Positions 9,220 to 17,704 of a DNA stretch of 35,984 nt are shown here, piece after piece. The notes below the pieces were generated by a model. That model saw nothing but the letters and a program-made list of their open reading frames with translations, ran no database searches and was not told the origin of the DNA. The translations under genes and the position numbers were made by a program. Origin of the DNA: a virus (taxonomy: Duplodnaviria; Caudoviricetes); the IMG/VR virus record IMGVR_UViG_3300021124_000014, positions 1-35,984 of that record; one strand, given 5' to 3'. How positions within the stretch are numbered: position 1 is the first letter of the stretch; each line of letters opens with the position of its first letter.

Positions 9220-9690
9220 ATGGCATTCGCTACTCGTCTTGGCCCGTGGTTATTGGGTACTGTTAAAAATACAACTGGCGCTACTGCTGGTACAATCAAC
9301 AATCTAGGTGCTACTACTGTAGCCCAAACATATAACCTTACTGCCGCTCAAGTTGCTGCAGGCACAGGTGCATTTAATGCTATCCCAGCTGGTGCATTAA
9401 TTACTGGCGTTCAATTCTTAACTACAACATTATTTGCATCAGCAACTACTTTAAAAGTAACAATCGCTGGTGTTGATGTAAATACAGCCTCAACTATTAC
9501 AACTGCGAATACTGTTGTTGTTACTAATAGTGCTACATTTACTCCAGTTGCAGCTAACGTAGGCACTCCAGATGCATTAGTTTCATTTACATCTACTGGT
9601 ACTTCAGTTACTGGTGCTGTTACTGTTGTTATCACTTATGTGGTTCGTGGTTCTGACGGTTCACAAAACCAAACTACATTCCAAAACTAA
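9220..9690 (+). CDS. Putative virion structural (decoration-like) protein
   Basis: Thr/Ala/Val-rich beta protein with capsid-like codon bias; start at ATG 9220 fits RBS AAGGA. Confidence 0.65.
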   Translation: MAFATRLGPWLLGTVKNTTGATAGTINNLGATTVAQTYNLTAAQVAAGTGAFNAIPAGALITGVQFLTTTLFASATTLKVTIAGVDVNTASTITTANTVVVTNSATFTPVAANVGTPDALVSFTSTGTSVTGAVTVVITYVVRGSDGSQNQTTFQN

Positions 9691-9696
9691 TTAATC

Positions 9697-9716
9697 TTAG
9701 GGGCTTCGGCCCTTAA
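9697..9716 (+). other. UUCG hairpin without U-tract
   Basis: TTAGGGGC-TTCG-GCCCTTAA; shares AGGGGCTTCGGCCC with the terminator at 8702-8715. Confidence 0.75.
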
Positions 9717-9735
9717 CTAACAAAGGAGATTAATT

Positions 9736-10020
9736 ATGACAATGCAATATGATGTAAAAAGCGCTTATTTAGCTGCAACAGGTCAATTTGTGACTGGTCG
9801 CTGTAGATTGAAAAATCTTATATTCTTACCTAATGGTACAGCTGGCTCTATAGTTATTTATGATGGTACCGATACTACTGGTCCTATAGTATGGCAAACA
9901 AAAACATTAACTGGTGTTCAGCCATTCCAACTTATTGTTCCCGGTGAAGGAATATTAGCATACACAGGTTTGTATGCGGTCTTTACTAACATATCTTCAG
10001 CCACAGTCTGCTACGGATAA
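9736..10020 (+). CDS. Small beta-rich hypothetical (probably virion) protein
   Basis: 94-aa ORF with RBS AAGGAG. Confidence 0.75.
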   Translation: MTMQYDVKSAYLAATGQFVTGRCRLKNLIFLPNGTAGSIVIYDGTDTTGPIVWQTKTLTGVQPFQLIVPGEGILAYTGLYAVFTNISSATVCYG

Positions 10021-10023
10021 TAT

Positions 10024-10269
10024 ATGAGCGCACCTGACCAATTAGAAACAGCCCGTGAGTTAGCTACCCACGCTAATGAAATTAAACATTTGCAAAACGA
10101 TATGGATAAAATGCTTAAAGATATGGGCGAAATTAAAGATACACTTGCCAAAATCAATGAAACTTTGTCTGCTGCTCACGGAGGTTGGCGTATGCTTATC
10201 GCTGTGGGTAGTGCTGCTGCTCTTATTGGTGGTGGAATTGCTTGGCTTCTTGAGCATGTAGGAAAATAA
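10024..10269 (+). CDS. Coiled-coil protein with C-terminal transmembrane helix (XhlA/holin-like architecture)
   Basis: Heptad 'IKHLQNDMDKMLKDMGEIKDTLAKI' followed by hydrophobic 'MLIAVGSAAALIGGGIAWLL'. Confidence 0.65.
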   Translation: MSAPDQLETARELATHANEIKHLQNDMDKMLKDMGEIKDTLAKINETLSAAHGGWRMLIAVGSAAALIGGGIAWLLEHVGK

Positions 10270-10270
10270 A

Positions 10271-10564
10271 ATGACTAAAGAAGATAAGTCATTAGTAGAA
10301 AAAGGTGAAGATTGGATATCCAATAAAGTTCAAAGTGCAAAAGACTTTGCCAAAGAAGATATCGATGCTTGGAAAGCAATATTAAGTTCACCTCCATCTA
10401 TTGATGATTCTTCAACAAGCCAAGATACATCAAGCTCACCTAATATGGGACCTAATGGTAGTGTATGGAAAAGCGGGCATAAAAAAGGCGGAGTAATTAA
10501 AGCGCCAATAGTTCGTGGACATGGGATTGAATCTAAAGGGAAAACTAAAGGTAGGTACTTATAA
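10271..10564 (+). CDS. Small protein with C-terminal RGxG..KGKTKG tag
   Basis: Coupled ORF ending HKKGG...RGHGIESKGKTKGRYL. Confidence 0.8.
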   Translation: MTKEDKSLVEKGEDWISNKVQSAKDFAKEDIDAWKAILSSPPSIDDSSTSQDTSSSPNMGPNGSVWKSGHKKGGVIKAPIVRGHGIESKGKTKGRYL

Positions 10565-10986
10565 TGCCAAGTGTATCTAAAAAACAACATAACCTTATGG
10601 AAGCAGTAGCTCATTCACCAGCCTTCGCTAAGAAAGTTGGTATTAAGCAGTCAGTAGGTAAAGATTTCGCTGCAGCAGATAAAGGCAAGAAGTTTAAAGG
10701 AGGCGGTATGGCATTGTTCAAAGGTAAGGAAACTTACGGTGAAGAACTTAAAGAAGCTAAGTCGTTAAAGTCAGGTAAAATATCACCTGCTGGCTTTGTT
10801 AAAGGCGAAAAGTCTGAGGGTAATAAAGATGAAGAAAACCCAGCCCTATTAGCTAAAGAGATTAAAACAGGTGCTATGTCGCCAAAACAATACGCTTCAG
10901 TAGAATCTAAAGAACCTAAAGCTAAGAAATTCGCTCGTGGTGGTGGTATTGAAATTCGTGGTAAAACTAAAGGAAGGATTATTTAA
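10564..10986 (+). CDS. Small basic protein with C-terminal RGxG..RGKTKG tag
   Basis: TAATG-coupled; starts MPSVSKKQHNLM, ends FARGGGIEIRGKTKGRII. Confidence 0.85.
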   Translation: MPSVSKKQHNLMEAVAHSPAFAKKVGIKQSVGKDFAAADKGKKFKGGGMALFKGKETYGEELKEAKSLKSGKISPAGFVKGEKSEGNKDEENPALLAKEIKTGAMSPKQYASVESKEPKAKKFARGGGIEIRGKTKGRII

Positions 10987-11214
10987 AATGGCAGAAGATA
11001 AAAAACCAAAAGGCGTAGCAATTATTATTGCTCCTAAGAAACCTGAAGCACCAATGCCTGCACCTAGCGATGCCGCACAAAGCGAAATCTTAGACCAAAT
11101 GCAGACTAATCGCAACAACAAAGCAGCAACAGGCGCTCCACGCACTATGAAAAAAGGTGGTTGTACTAAGATGGCTCGTGGCGGCGGTATTGAAATTCGT
11201 GGTAAAACCAAAGG
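10933..11214 (+). repeat. 41-bp imperfect direct repeat encoding ARGGGIEIRGKTKG (10933-10973 and 11174-11214)
   Basis: 38/41 identical; all three differences are synonymous third positions. Confidence 0.9.
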
Positions 11215-11227
11215 TCGCTTTGTATGA
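10988..11227 (+). CDS. Small basic protein with C-terminal RGxG..RGKTKG tag
   Basis: Start reassigned to ATG 10988 just after the upstream stop; ends MKKGG..MARGGGIEIRGKTKGRFV. Confidence 0.85.
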   Translation: MAEDKKPKGVAIIIAPKKPEAPMPAPSDAAQSEILDQMQTNRNNKAATGAPRTMKKGGCTKMARGGGIEIRGKTKGRFV

Positions 11228-11370
11228 TAGCGTCACGCGGCATGGGTGACATACTGCCTTCAAAGATGCCGAAGGGTAAGAAGATTGTTCGTAAGGATAA
11301 TCCGAATGATGTAGAGATGTACAAAAAAGGTGGGAAAATCAACCTGCCTAGTAAGATGCAACGTAAATGA
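11224..11370 (+). CDS. 48-aa basic protein (not in ORF track)
   Basis: ATGA-coupled at both ends; MIASRGMGDILPSKMPKGKKIVRKDNPNDVEMYKKGGKINLPSKMQRK carries RGxG and YKKGG motifs. Confidence 0.75.
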   Translation: MIASRGMGDILPSKMPKGKKIVRKDNPNDVEMYKKGGKINLPSKMQRK

Positions 11371-11504
11371 AGTCATTAATCAGGTGTTACGCAGGGTTTA
11401 TTTCAGGCGTAATGATTGGGATAGAGTTATCAGATGATGACAACTATAACTTCCTGATTGTTGATTTGCTCATAGTCGAGCTACTGTTTGAATGGGATAA
11501 GTAA
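11367..11504 (+). CDS. 45-aa hydrophobic hypothetical protein (not in ORF track)
   Basis: MKSLIRCYAGFISGVMIGIELSDDDNYNFLIVDLLIVELLFEWDK exactly fills the gap, with ATGA overlap upstream and TAATG overlap downstream. Confidence 0.65.
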   Translation: MKSLIRCYAGFISGVMIGIELSDDDNYNFLIVDLLIVELLFEWDK

Positions 11505-12226
11505 TGACAACAACCGGAACCGCAACGTTTAACTTAGATTTAAATGACCTCGTTGAAGAAGCATTTGAACGTGCGGGTTCTGAGCTGCGTACAGGGTATG
11601 ACTTGCGTACAGCCCGTAGAAGCCTTAACTTACTTACTATTGAGTGGGCTAACCGTGGCATTAACTTATGGACTATTGAGCAAGGTCAGATTCCATTGAC
11701 GACGGGCGTTGGGGTATACACACTGCCTGTTGATACCATTGACCTGTTAGACCAAGTAATCCGTACTAATCAGGCAACATCAAACCAAATTGATATTAAC
11801 ATCAATAGAATTTCAGAGTCTACATACTCAACAATACCGAACAAACTAACTCAAGGTCGTCCTATCCAAGTATGGATTAATCGGCAGTCTGGTGCTACAA
11901 CACCTACTGGAGTGAATGCTCCGACCATCAACATCTGGCCTACTCCTAATGCACCAGACAATCAATATGTGTTTGTCTACTGGCGTTTACGTCGTATTCA
12001 AGACGCAGGTGATGGTGTTAATACACAAGACATTCCGTTCCGCTTCCTCCCAGCGATGGTTGCAGGCTTAGCTTATTATCTAAGCATTAAGATTCAAGGT
12101 ACTGACCCTAATCGTGTGATGGGGCTTAAAGCAGACTACGAACAACAGTTCCAATTAGCGGCTGATGAAGATAGGGATAAAAGTTCTATAAGATGGGTAC
12201 CAAGGAATATGAGCTATACTAGGTAA
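11504..12226 (+). CDS. Putative head-tail adaptor / tail tubular-like protein
   Basis: 'LVEEAFER..ARRSLNLL..EWANRG.NLWT' helical N-terminus, central beta region, C-terminal helices; position after the head genes. Confidence 0.6.
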   Translation: MTTTGTATFNLDLNDLVEEAFERAGSELRTGYDLRTARRSLNLLTIEWANRGINLWTIEQGQIPLTTGVGVYTLPVDTIDLLDQVIRTNQATSNQIDININRISESTYSTIPNKLTQGRPIQVWINRQSGATTPTGVNAPTINIWPTPNAPDNQYVFVYWRLRRIQDAGDGVNTQDIPFRFLPAMVAGLAYYLSIKIQGTDPNRVMGLKADYEQQFQLAADEDRDKSSIRWVPRNMSYTR

Positions 12227-12231
12227 ACCAA

Positions 12232-12894
12232 ATGCCAATAAAAGATATTAAAGCTAGAAAAGAGTACGCACATAAGCGATACTTAAATAATAAATCTGTA
12301 TATATTGAGCAGAGTAAAAAGCGTAGGTTACGGTTACAAGCAGAAAAAGCGGAAATGCCTAAAATAGTTTCAGTACCACAACCATGCATAAAGTGCAATG
12401 CGACTAGAGAAAATGTAGAATTTCCTATAAGAGGAAACACATGTAAAACCTGCGTAAGCAACTACAATGCCGAGTATAGGGCAAAGAATAAAGAGCATGT
12501 ATCAGAGCAAAAGAAAGCGTGGAAATTAGCTAATAAAGACTATGTTATCCAAAGAGATAAATGTTATGCCGCCGAGAATCCTGAAAAACATAGGGCAGCA
12601 AGGGCTAAATGGCGTAAAGCTAACCAACACATTGTAAATGCGCTATCAACATTACGCAAAGTTTCTAAACTAAATAGAACCCCAGCATGGGTTGATTCTG
12701 AAGAACTATGGTTGATTAAAGAAGTATATGCATTGGCTAAATTACGTACTAAAATGACTAATATAACATGGAGTGTAGACCATATAGTACCACTTCAAGG
12801 CAAGTTAGTTAGTGGGTTACATACAATAAGCAATTTACAAGTGATACCTGCAACTATGAATAGCGCAAAAAACAATAGATTTGAGATAGTATAA
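12232..12894 (+). CDS. HNH homing endonuclease
   Basis: CxxC...CxxC, basic helical region, then 'TPAW...VDHIVPLQGKLVSGLH...NLQ...NSAKNNR'; AT-rich codon usage unlike its neighbours. Confidence 0.9.
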   Translation: MPIKDIKARKEYAHKRYLNNKSVYIEQSKKRRLRLQAEKAEMPKIVSVPQPCIKCNATRENVEFPIRGNTCKTCVSNYNAEYRAKNKEHVSEQKKAWKLANKDYVIQRDKCYAAENPEKHRAARAKWRKANQHIVNALSTLRKVSKLNRTPAWVDSEELWLIKEVYALAKLRTKMTNITWSVDHIVPLQGKLVSGLHTISNLQVIPATMNSAKNNRFEIV

Positions 12895-13283
12895 TGGCTT
12901 CTAAGTTTGCATCAGCTAAGAACTCGATTGCAGAGTGTGACCGATGTGGTCAACGATATAAGCTAACTCAGCTACGTAAGCTGACTATTAAGACTAAACA
13001 GGTTAATATAATGGTATGCCCCGAATGCTGGGAACCAGACCAACCGCAATTACAACTTGGTATGTACCCCGTTTCTGACCCTCAAGCGGTTAGAAACCCA
13101 AGACCAGATGTGAGTTATGCAGTATCGGGTATAGGTGTAGATGGTGAACCACAAGGCGGAAGTAGAGTATTTCAATGGTCTTGGAATCCTGTAGGTGGTT
13201 CTAGAAACTTTGATATTGCATTAACCCCTAACGATTTAATGTCGCAAGGTCAAGTAGGAACTGTTACAATAAGCACAACTTAA
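12894..13283 (+). CDS. Hypothetical protein with CxxC/CxxC zinc ribbon
   Basis: 'ECDRCG...VCPECWEPDQPQL...DPQAVRNPRPD'. Confidence 0.8.
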   Translation: MASKFASAKNSIAECDRCGQRYKLTQLRKLTIKTKQVNIMVCPECWEPDQPQLQLGMYPVSDPQAVRNPRPDVSYAVSGIGVDGEPQGGSRVFQWSWNPVGGSRNFDIALTPNDLMSQGQVGTVTISTT

Positions 13284-13294
13284 GGAGTAGTAAA

Positions 13295-13489
13295 ATGGCA
13301 TTCACAAAAGCAGCAGATGGCGTAGTTTCAAAAGGTAAGACTAAGGGTAAAAACTTAGGCGATACAGGTCCTAACATTGGTATTGAAGGCGGTAAAGATA
13401 GTAAAGGTGCATCAGGCGTTACTTCAATTGCAATGAAACAAGTAGGTCGTAACTTAGCTCGCGCAGCTAATCAGAAAAAAGGTGGTTAA
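13295..13489 (+). CDS. Small basic protein with KGKTKG motif
   Basis: RBS AAGGAG; 'ADGVVSKGKTKGK' near the N-terminus, ends QKKGG. Confidence 0.8.
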   Translation: MAFTKAADGVVSKGKTKGKNLGDTGPNIGIEGGKDSKGASGVTSIAMKQVGRNLARAANQKKGG

Positions 13490-13491
13490 TT

Positions 13492-13677
13492 ATGGCTACT
13501 CAAGATAATAGAAATGTAGACCCTAATACTCGTGCAGCAATTGATGTAGGTCCTGAAACAGAGGCTATGAACGTAAGTATTGGTGGTAAAAAAGAAACTG
13601 TGGAAAAAGAGGGTATTGTTACTCGTGGTAATGGCTGTGCTACTAAAGGCACTAAAGCTCGTGGACCTATGGCCTAA
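13492..13677 (+). CDS. Small protein with C-terminal RGxG..KGTK tag
   Basis: Ends 'RGNGCATKGTKARGPMA'; coupled to the next gene. Confidence 0.8.
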   Translation: MATQDNRNVDPNTRAAIDVGPETEAMNVSIGGKKETVEKEGIVTRGNGCATKGTKARGPMA

Positions 13678-14594
13678 TGAACTACATTGAGTTAAGCCAA
13701 GCAATACAAAACTACGCAGAGAACACAGAGTCTTTGTTTGTAGCTAGTATTCCTACGTTCATTCAAGAAACAGAAAGACGGGTTTATAACTCAGTTCAAA
13801 TCCCTGCATTGCGTAAAAACGTAACAGGTGCAATGACTGTTGGTAATAAATACGTTTCGCTCCCTGATGATTGGTTGGCTAATTATTCTGTAGCAGTTAT
13901 TGGTGCTGACGGAACTTACTCATATCTATTAAACAAAGATGTAAACTTCATGCGTGAGTCATACCCAAATCCAAATGTTACAGGAATACCTAAGTATTAC
14001 GCACTGTTCGGCTCACAACTAACTAATATTGAATCTCTTTCATTAATTCTTGCTCCTACACCTGATACAGCATATGGCGTGGAATTACATTACTTCTACT
14101 ATCCAGTATCAATAGTTCAGGGTGTTATTACAGCATTTGCGAATATTATCGCTGGTACAGGCTATACAGATGGCACTTACTTCAATGTCCCACTTAGTGG
14201 GGGTTCAGGCTCAAGTGCTACAGCAACTATAGTAGTATTAGCGGGTGCAGTTCAAACTGTTACACTTAACGCTGGCGGTTCGCTATATGTTGTTGGTGAT
14301 ACGCTTACTACAAGTAATGCATATCTAGGTGGTTCAGGTGCTAGTTTCTCAGTTCAAGTAGGTACAGTTGATAATGCCGCAGGCACTAGCTGGCTTGGCG
14401 ATAACTACGACCCAGTTCTGTTCTACGGGGCTATGCGTGAAGCTGTCATCTTTATGAAGGGTGAGCAGGATATGGTAGCTTATTACCAAAAAATGTATGA
14501 AGAAGCTATGTCACAACTTAACAGATTGGGTACTGGACTTGAACGTAACGATGCTTATCGCGTGGGGCAAGCTTCGATTAAGGTTAATCCATAA
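13677..14594 (+). CDS. Putative tail adaptor / tubular protein with internal beta-rich domain
   Basis: 'MNYIELSQAIQNY.E...FI..TERR...G.PKYYA...LAPTPD...Y...WL..NY...LFYG' adaptor-like pattern. Confidence 0.6.
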   Translation: MNYIELSQAIQNYAENTESLFVASIPTFIQETERRVYNSVQIPALRKNVTGAMTVGNKYVSLPDDWLANYSVAVIGADGTYSYLLNKDVNFMRESYPNPNVTGIPKYYALFGSQLTNIESLSLILAPTPDTAYGVELHYFYYPVSIVQGVITAFANIIAGTGYTDGTYFNVPLSGGSGSSATATIVVLAGAVQTVTLNAGGSLYVVGDTLTTSNAYLGGSGASFSVQVGTVDNAAGTSWLGDNYDPVLFYGAMREAVIFMKGEQDMVAYYQKMYEEAMSQLNRLGTGLERNDAYRVGQASIKVNP

Positions 14595-15016
14595 TGGCAA
14601 TAGTACAAGGACAGACAACAGAGTTTAAGACTAATCTGCTAAAGGGATTAGAGAATTTTAACACTGGTTCCCCTTACGTATATCGCATTGCGCTATACAC
14701 AGCAGTAGCTAATCTAGGCGCTGATACATTGCTTTATACTACAGACGGTGAGATTACAGGTACAGGCTATACAGCAGGCGGTGAACTTTTATACCCAACA
14801 GTCCCAGTAAGTAGTGATGGTACAGCATACTTATCATTTGCTAATGTGACTTGGACTCCTGCTAATTTTACTTGTAGGGGTGCTTTAATATACAATGGCA
14901 CAACAGGAGCTGCGGTAGCGGTACTTAACTTTGGCTCAGATAAAACAGCAACAACTACATTTACGGTTACTTTCCCAACAGCAACATCAACATCAGCAGT
15001 AATTAGAATATCTTAA
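14594..15016 (+). CDS. Virion structural protein (tail region)
   Basis: 'FK..LL.G...F......IALYT......GTGYTAGG.....RGALIYN....AVAVLNFGSDK' beta-sandwich-like pattern. Confidence 0.7.
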   Translation: MAIVQGQTTEFKTNLLKGLENFNTGSPYVYRIALYTAVANLGADTLLYTTDGEITGTGYTAGGELLYPTVPVSSDGTAYLSFANVTWTPANFTCRGALIYNGTTGAAVAVLNFGSDKTATTTFTVTFPTATSTSAVIRIS

Positions 15017-15026
15017 GGAATTTATT

Positions 15027-15635
15027 ATGACAACAGAAATTGAAGTACAAGGCTTTGGCGATAACGCTGTTGCAATTTGGGACACAAACGCAGCCGATAA
15101 TGAAACAGTAGGCATTGCAGGTTATTACAATGTTACATGTAACGATGCACAAGGTAACTTAAAATGGGAAGAATCATTCCCTAACTTAGTGAACTCAATC
15201 GGTAAACAGTTACTACTCGATACACTATTAAAAGGGTCATCTTACACAGTTGTAGGTCCATTTTTAGGTCTTATTAACTCAAGCCCAACTTTCCTAGCTG
15301 CAGATACAATGGCATCTCACGCTGGTTGGACAGAGTTTACTAACTACACAGTTGGCGGTTCAGCAGTTCGTGGTACAGCAGTATTTGCCTCAGCTACATC
15401 ATCAGGTTTATCTCCAGCTAACATTACTAGTTCTGCAGCTGCTTCAATCACATACACTATTACAGGTGCTGGTGGTACAGTCGCTGGTTGTTTCTTAGTA
15501 ACAGGTTCAGGTGCAGTAAGTACTCAGTCTAGTACAGCAGGTACTTTATATAGTGCTGGTGCGTTTGCAACACCTAAAATCACGACAGTCGGAGACACCG
15601 TGGCTGTTTCTTATACAACCACCGCAACTTCTTGA
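15027..15635 (+). CDS. Virion structural protein (tail region)
   Basis: RBS AAGGA; Thr/Gly/Ser-rich; 'KWEE.FPNLV...GK...LD'. Confidence 0.7.
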   Translation: MTTEIEVQGFGDNAVAIWDTNAADNETVGIAGYYNVTCNDAQGNLKWEESFPNLVNSIGKQLLLDTLLKGSSYTVVGPFLGLINSSPTFLAADTMASHAGWTEFTNYTVGGSAVRGTAVFASATSSGLSPANITSSAAASITYTITGAGGTVAGCFLVTGSGAVSTQSSTAGTLYSAGAFATPKITTVGDTVAVSYTTTATS

Positions 15636-15650
15636 TTTTAAAGAACTTTA

Positions 15651-16304
15651 ATGTTCTGCACCTACGCTCACTATACCCCTGAAGGACGCTTATTTTATAT
15701 AGGTAAGGGGAGTAGTGTTCGTAGAGCACATCAAATGCTAGGTAGAAATAATTATTGGTGTAAAGTAGTAGCAAAATATGGTAAACCGGAAGTTAAAATT
15801 TTAGCGGAATGGGGTACAGAGCAAGAAGCTTTTGAACATGAGATAGCTTTAATAAAAGAATATCGTGAGCAAGGTTTAGAGCTATGCAATTTAACCAGTG
15901 GCGGTGAAGGTACATCAGGATATAAGCATTCTGCAGAACATATACAAAAGAATAGCCAAGCACGAATAGGTAAATCCGCATGGTGGAATATTGGGCGTAA
16001 ACATACCACAGAAACAAAAGTAAAGTGTGGGTTAGTTAATAAAGGTAAACCAACCTCAGCAAAACAAAAAGCAACTGCAAGTATTTTGTTTAAAGGTAAT
16101 ACATATGGAGCTGGAAATACCACTAATCGTGCATGGATTTGGGTTGGTACTCAAGTTGAAACCAAAGAAGTAGTCAGAATTATAGGTGAAAAAGCTATGA
16201 AAGAAGCAGGGTTCCAACACGCAAATATTATAAAGTGCATTAATGGTCAACGTAAATCCCATAAGGGCTATACTTGGGCTAAAGAATCTTGGGGTAATGC
16301 ATAA
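15651..16304 (+). CDS. GIY-YIG homing endonuclease with NUMOD3-like repeats
   Basis: 'TYAH...LFYIGKG..RR...E..LI...LCNLTSGGEG..GYKHSAEH', second 'GRKHTTETK' repeat, C-terminal 'I.KC..G.RKSHKGYTW' HTH-like domain. Confidence 0.85.
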   Translation: MFCTYAHYTPEGRLFYIGKGSSVRRAHQMLGRNNYWCKVVAKYGKPEVKILAEWGTEQEAFEHEIALIKEYREQGLELCNLTSGGEGTSGYKHSAEHIQKNSQARIGKSAWWNIGRKHTTETKVKCGLVNKGKPTSAKQKATASILFKGNTYGAGNTTNRAWIWVGTQVETKEVVRIIGEKAMKEAGFQHANIIKCINGQRKSHKGYTWAKESWGNA

Positions 16305-17704
16305 TGGCTCTAGTTCTTCTAGATAGGGTACAGCAAACAGGTACGGCTAACACCACAGTTAGTTTTACCTTAAGCGGTTCAGTTACAGGCTTTCAATCTT
16401 TTGCTGGTATTGGCAACGGAAATACAACCTATTACGCAGGTACAGATGTTTCTGGAAATTGGGAAGCGGGTCTTGGCACGTATTCAACAACTGGACCAAC
16501 TTTAACTAGAACAACTATATTAGCCTCAAGCAATGCGGGTAGTGCTGTAACCTTCTCAGGTGCAGTCAATGTCTTTGTAACCTATCCTTCAGAAAAAGGT
16601 GTGTGGTTAGATGCAAGTGGCAATGTAAGCCCGTTAGGCATAGTAGCATCAGGTACTTGGCAGGCTTCAACAATAGCTACATTATATGGTGGTACAGGGG
16701 TAACAGTATCAACAGGAGCAAACTCTAATGTACTCCGTGATGCTAATCAAAATATAACAGCTAATAACTTTTTTGTGGGGTATGCAAGTACTGTTTCTTC
16801 AGCCACTACATTAACACTAACTGTAGCTTCTGCTCAATACCAACGGATTAGTGGAACAGCGGCTCAAACAGTTAAGCTACCTAATGCGACTACGCTTCAA
16901 AACGGGTTTATATTTACTATAGATAATGACTCATCACTTACAGCTACAGTTATTGATTCTGCTTCTACAACACTAGATACAATTCCTTCTGGGGGTGTTA
17001 ATCAGTGGGTATTAATTGATAATGGTACAGTAGCAGGTACATGGGTTCCATATAGTCAGGTTCCTTCAGCAGTTGATTGGGGTACTAATACACTAAACTT
17101 AGCTACTACTGTAGTTTCTGGTGGTACTTGGAATGGTGGTACGATTACTTCAGCTTATGGCGGTACTGGGCTAACTACTTTTACAGCTGCTAACAATGCA
17201 TTATACTCAACCAGTGCAGGAGCTTTAGCCGCAGGAACTTTACCCATTGCAGCAGGTGGTACAGCGTCAACAACATTAGCAGCAAACAATGTTTTACTAG
17301 GTAACGGGATATCAGCCTTACAAGTAGTAGCTCCATCAACATCAGGTAATGTATTAACATCCAATGGCACTACTTGGCAATCTACAGCGTTACCCGCTGG
17401 CAGTGTTACAGTTACAGATGATACTACAACGGCTACAGCACTATACCCAACATTTACAAGCGCTACTACAGGTTCTATAACAGGCGTTAAAGTTACAAGT
17501 ACTAAGTACACATTTGTCCCAACTACAGGGGCATTAACAGCTCCAGAAATAGTCGCATCAAACGGCTTAGTGGTAAATAATGCAACAGTATCAACAAGCT
17601 TTACTATTCCTACGGGTTATAACGCAACAGCAACAGGCCCAATGACAATCGCAGGCGGTGCAGTAGTTACGATTCCTAGTGGAAGCCGTTGGTTAATATT
17701 ATGA
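16304..17704 (+). CDS. Tail fibre-like protein
   Basis: 'MALVLLDRVQQT..WEAGLGTY...LTR' N-terminus; repeated 'GTW..TI...YGGTG' and 'LPIAAGGT' fibre motifs. Confidence 0.75.
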   Translation: MALVLLDRVQQTGTANTTVSFTLSGSVTGFQSFAGIGNGNTTYYAGTDVSGNWEAGLGTYSTTGPTLTRTTILASSNAGSAVTFSGAVNVFVTYPSEKGVWLDASGNVSPLGIVASGTWQASTIATLYGGTGVTVSTGANSNVLRDANQNITANNFFVGYASTVSSATTLTLTVASAQYQRISGTAAQTVKLPNATTLQNGFIFTIDNDSSLTATVIDSASTTLDTIPSGGVNQWVLIDNGTVAGTWVPYSQVPSAVDWGTNTLNLATTVVSGGTWNGGTITSAYGGTGLTTFTAANNALYSTSAGALAAGTLPIAAGGTASTTLAANNVLLGNGISALQVVAPSTSGNVLTSNGTTWQSTALPAGSVTVTDDTTTATALYPTFTSATTGSITGVKVTSTKYTFVPTTGALTAPEIVASNGLVVNNATVSTSFTIPTGYNATATGPMTIAGGAVVTIPSGSRWLIL

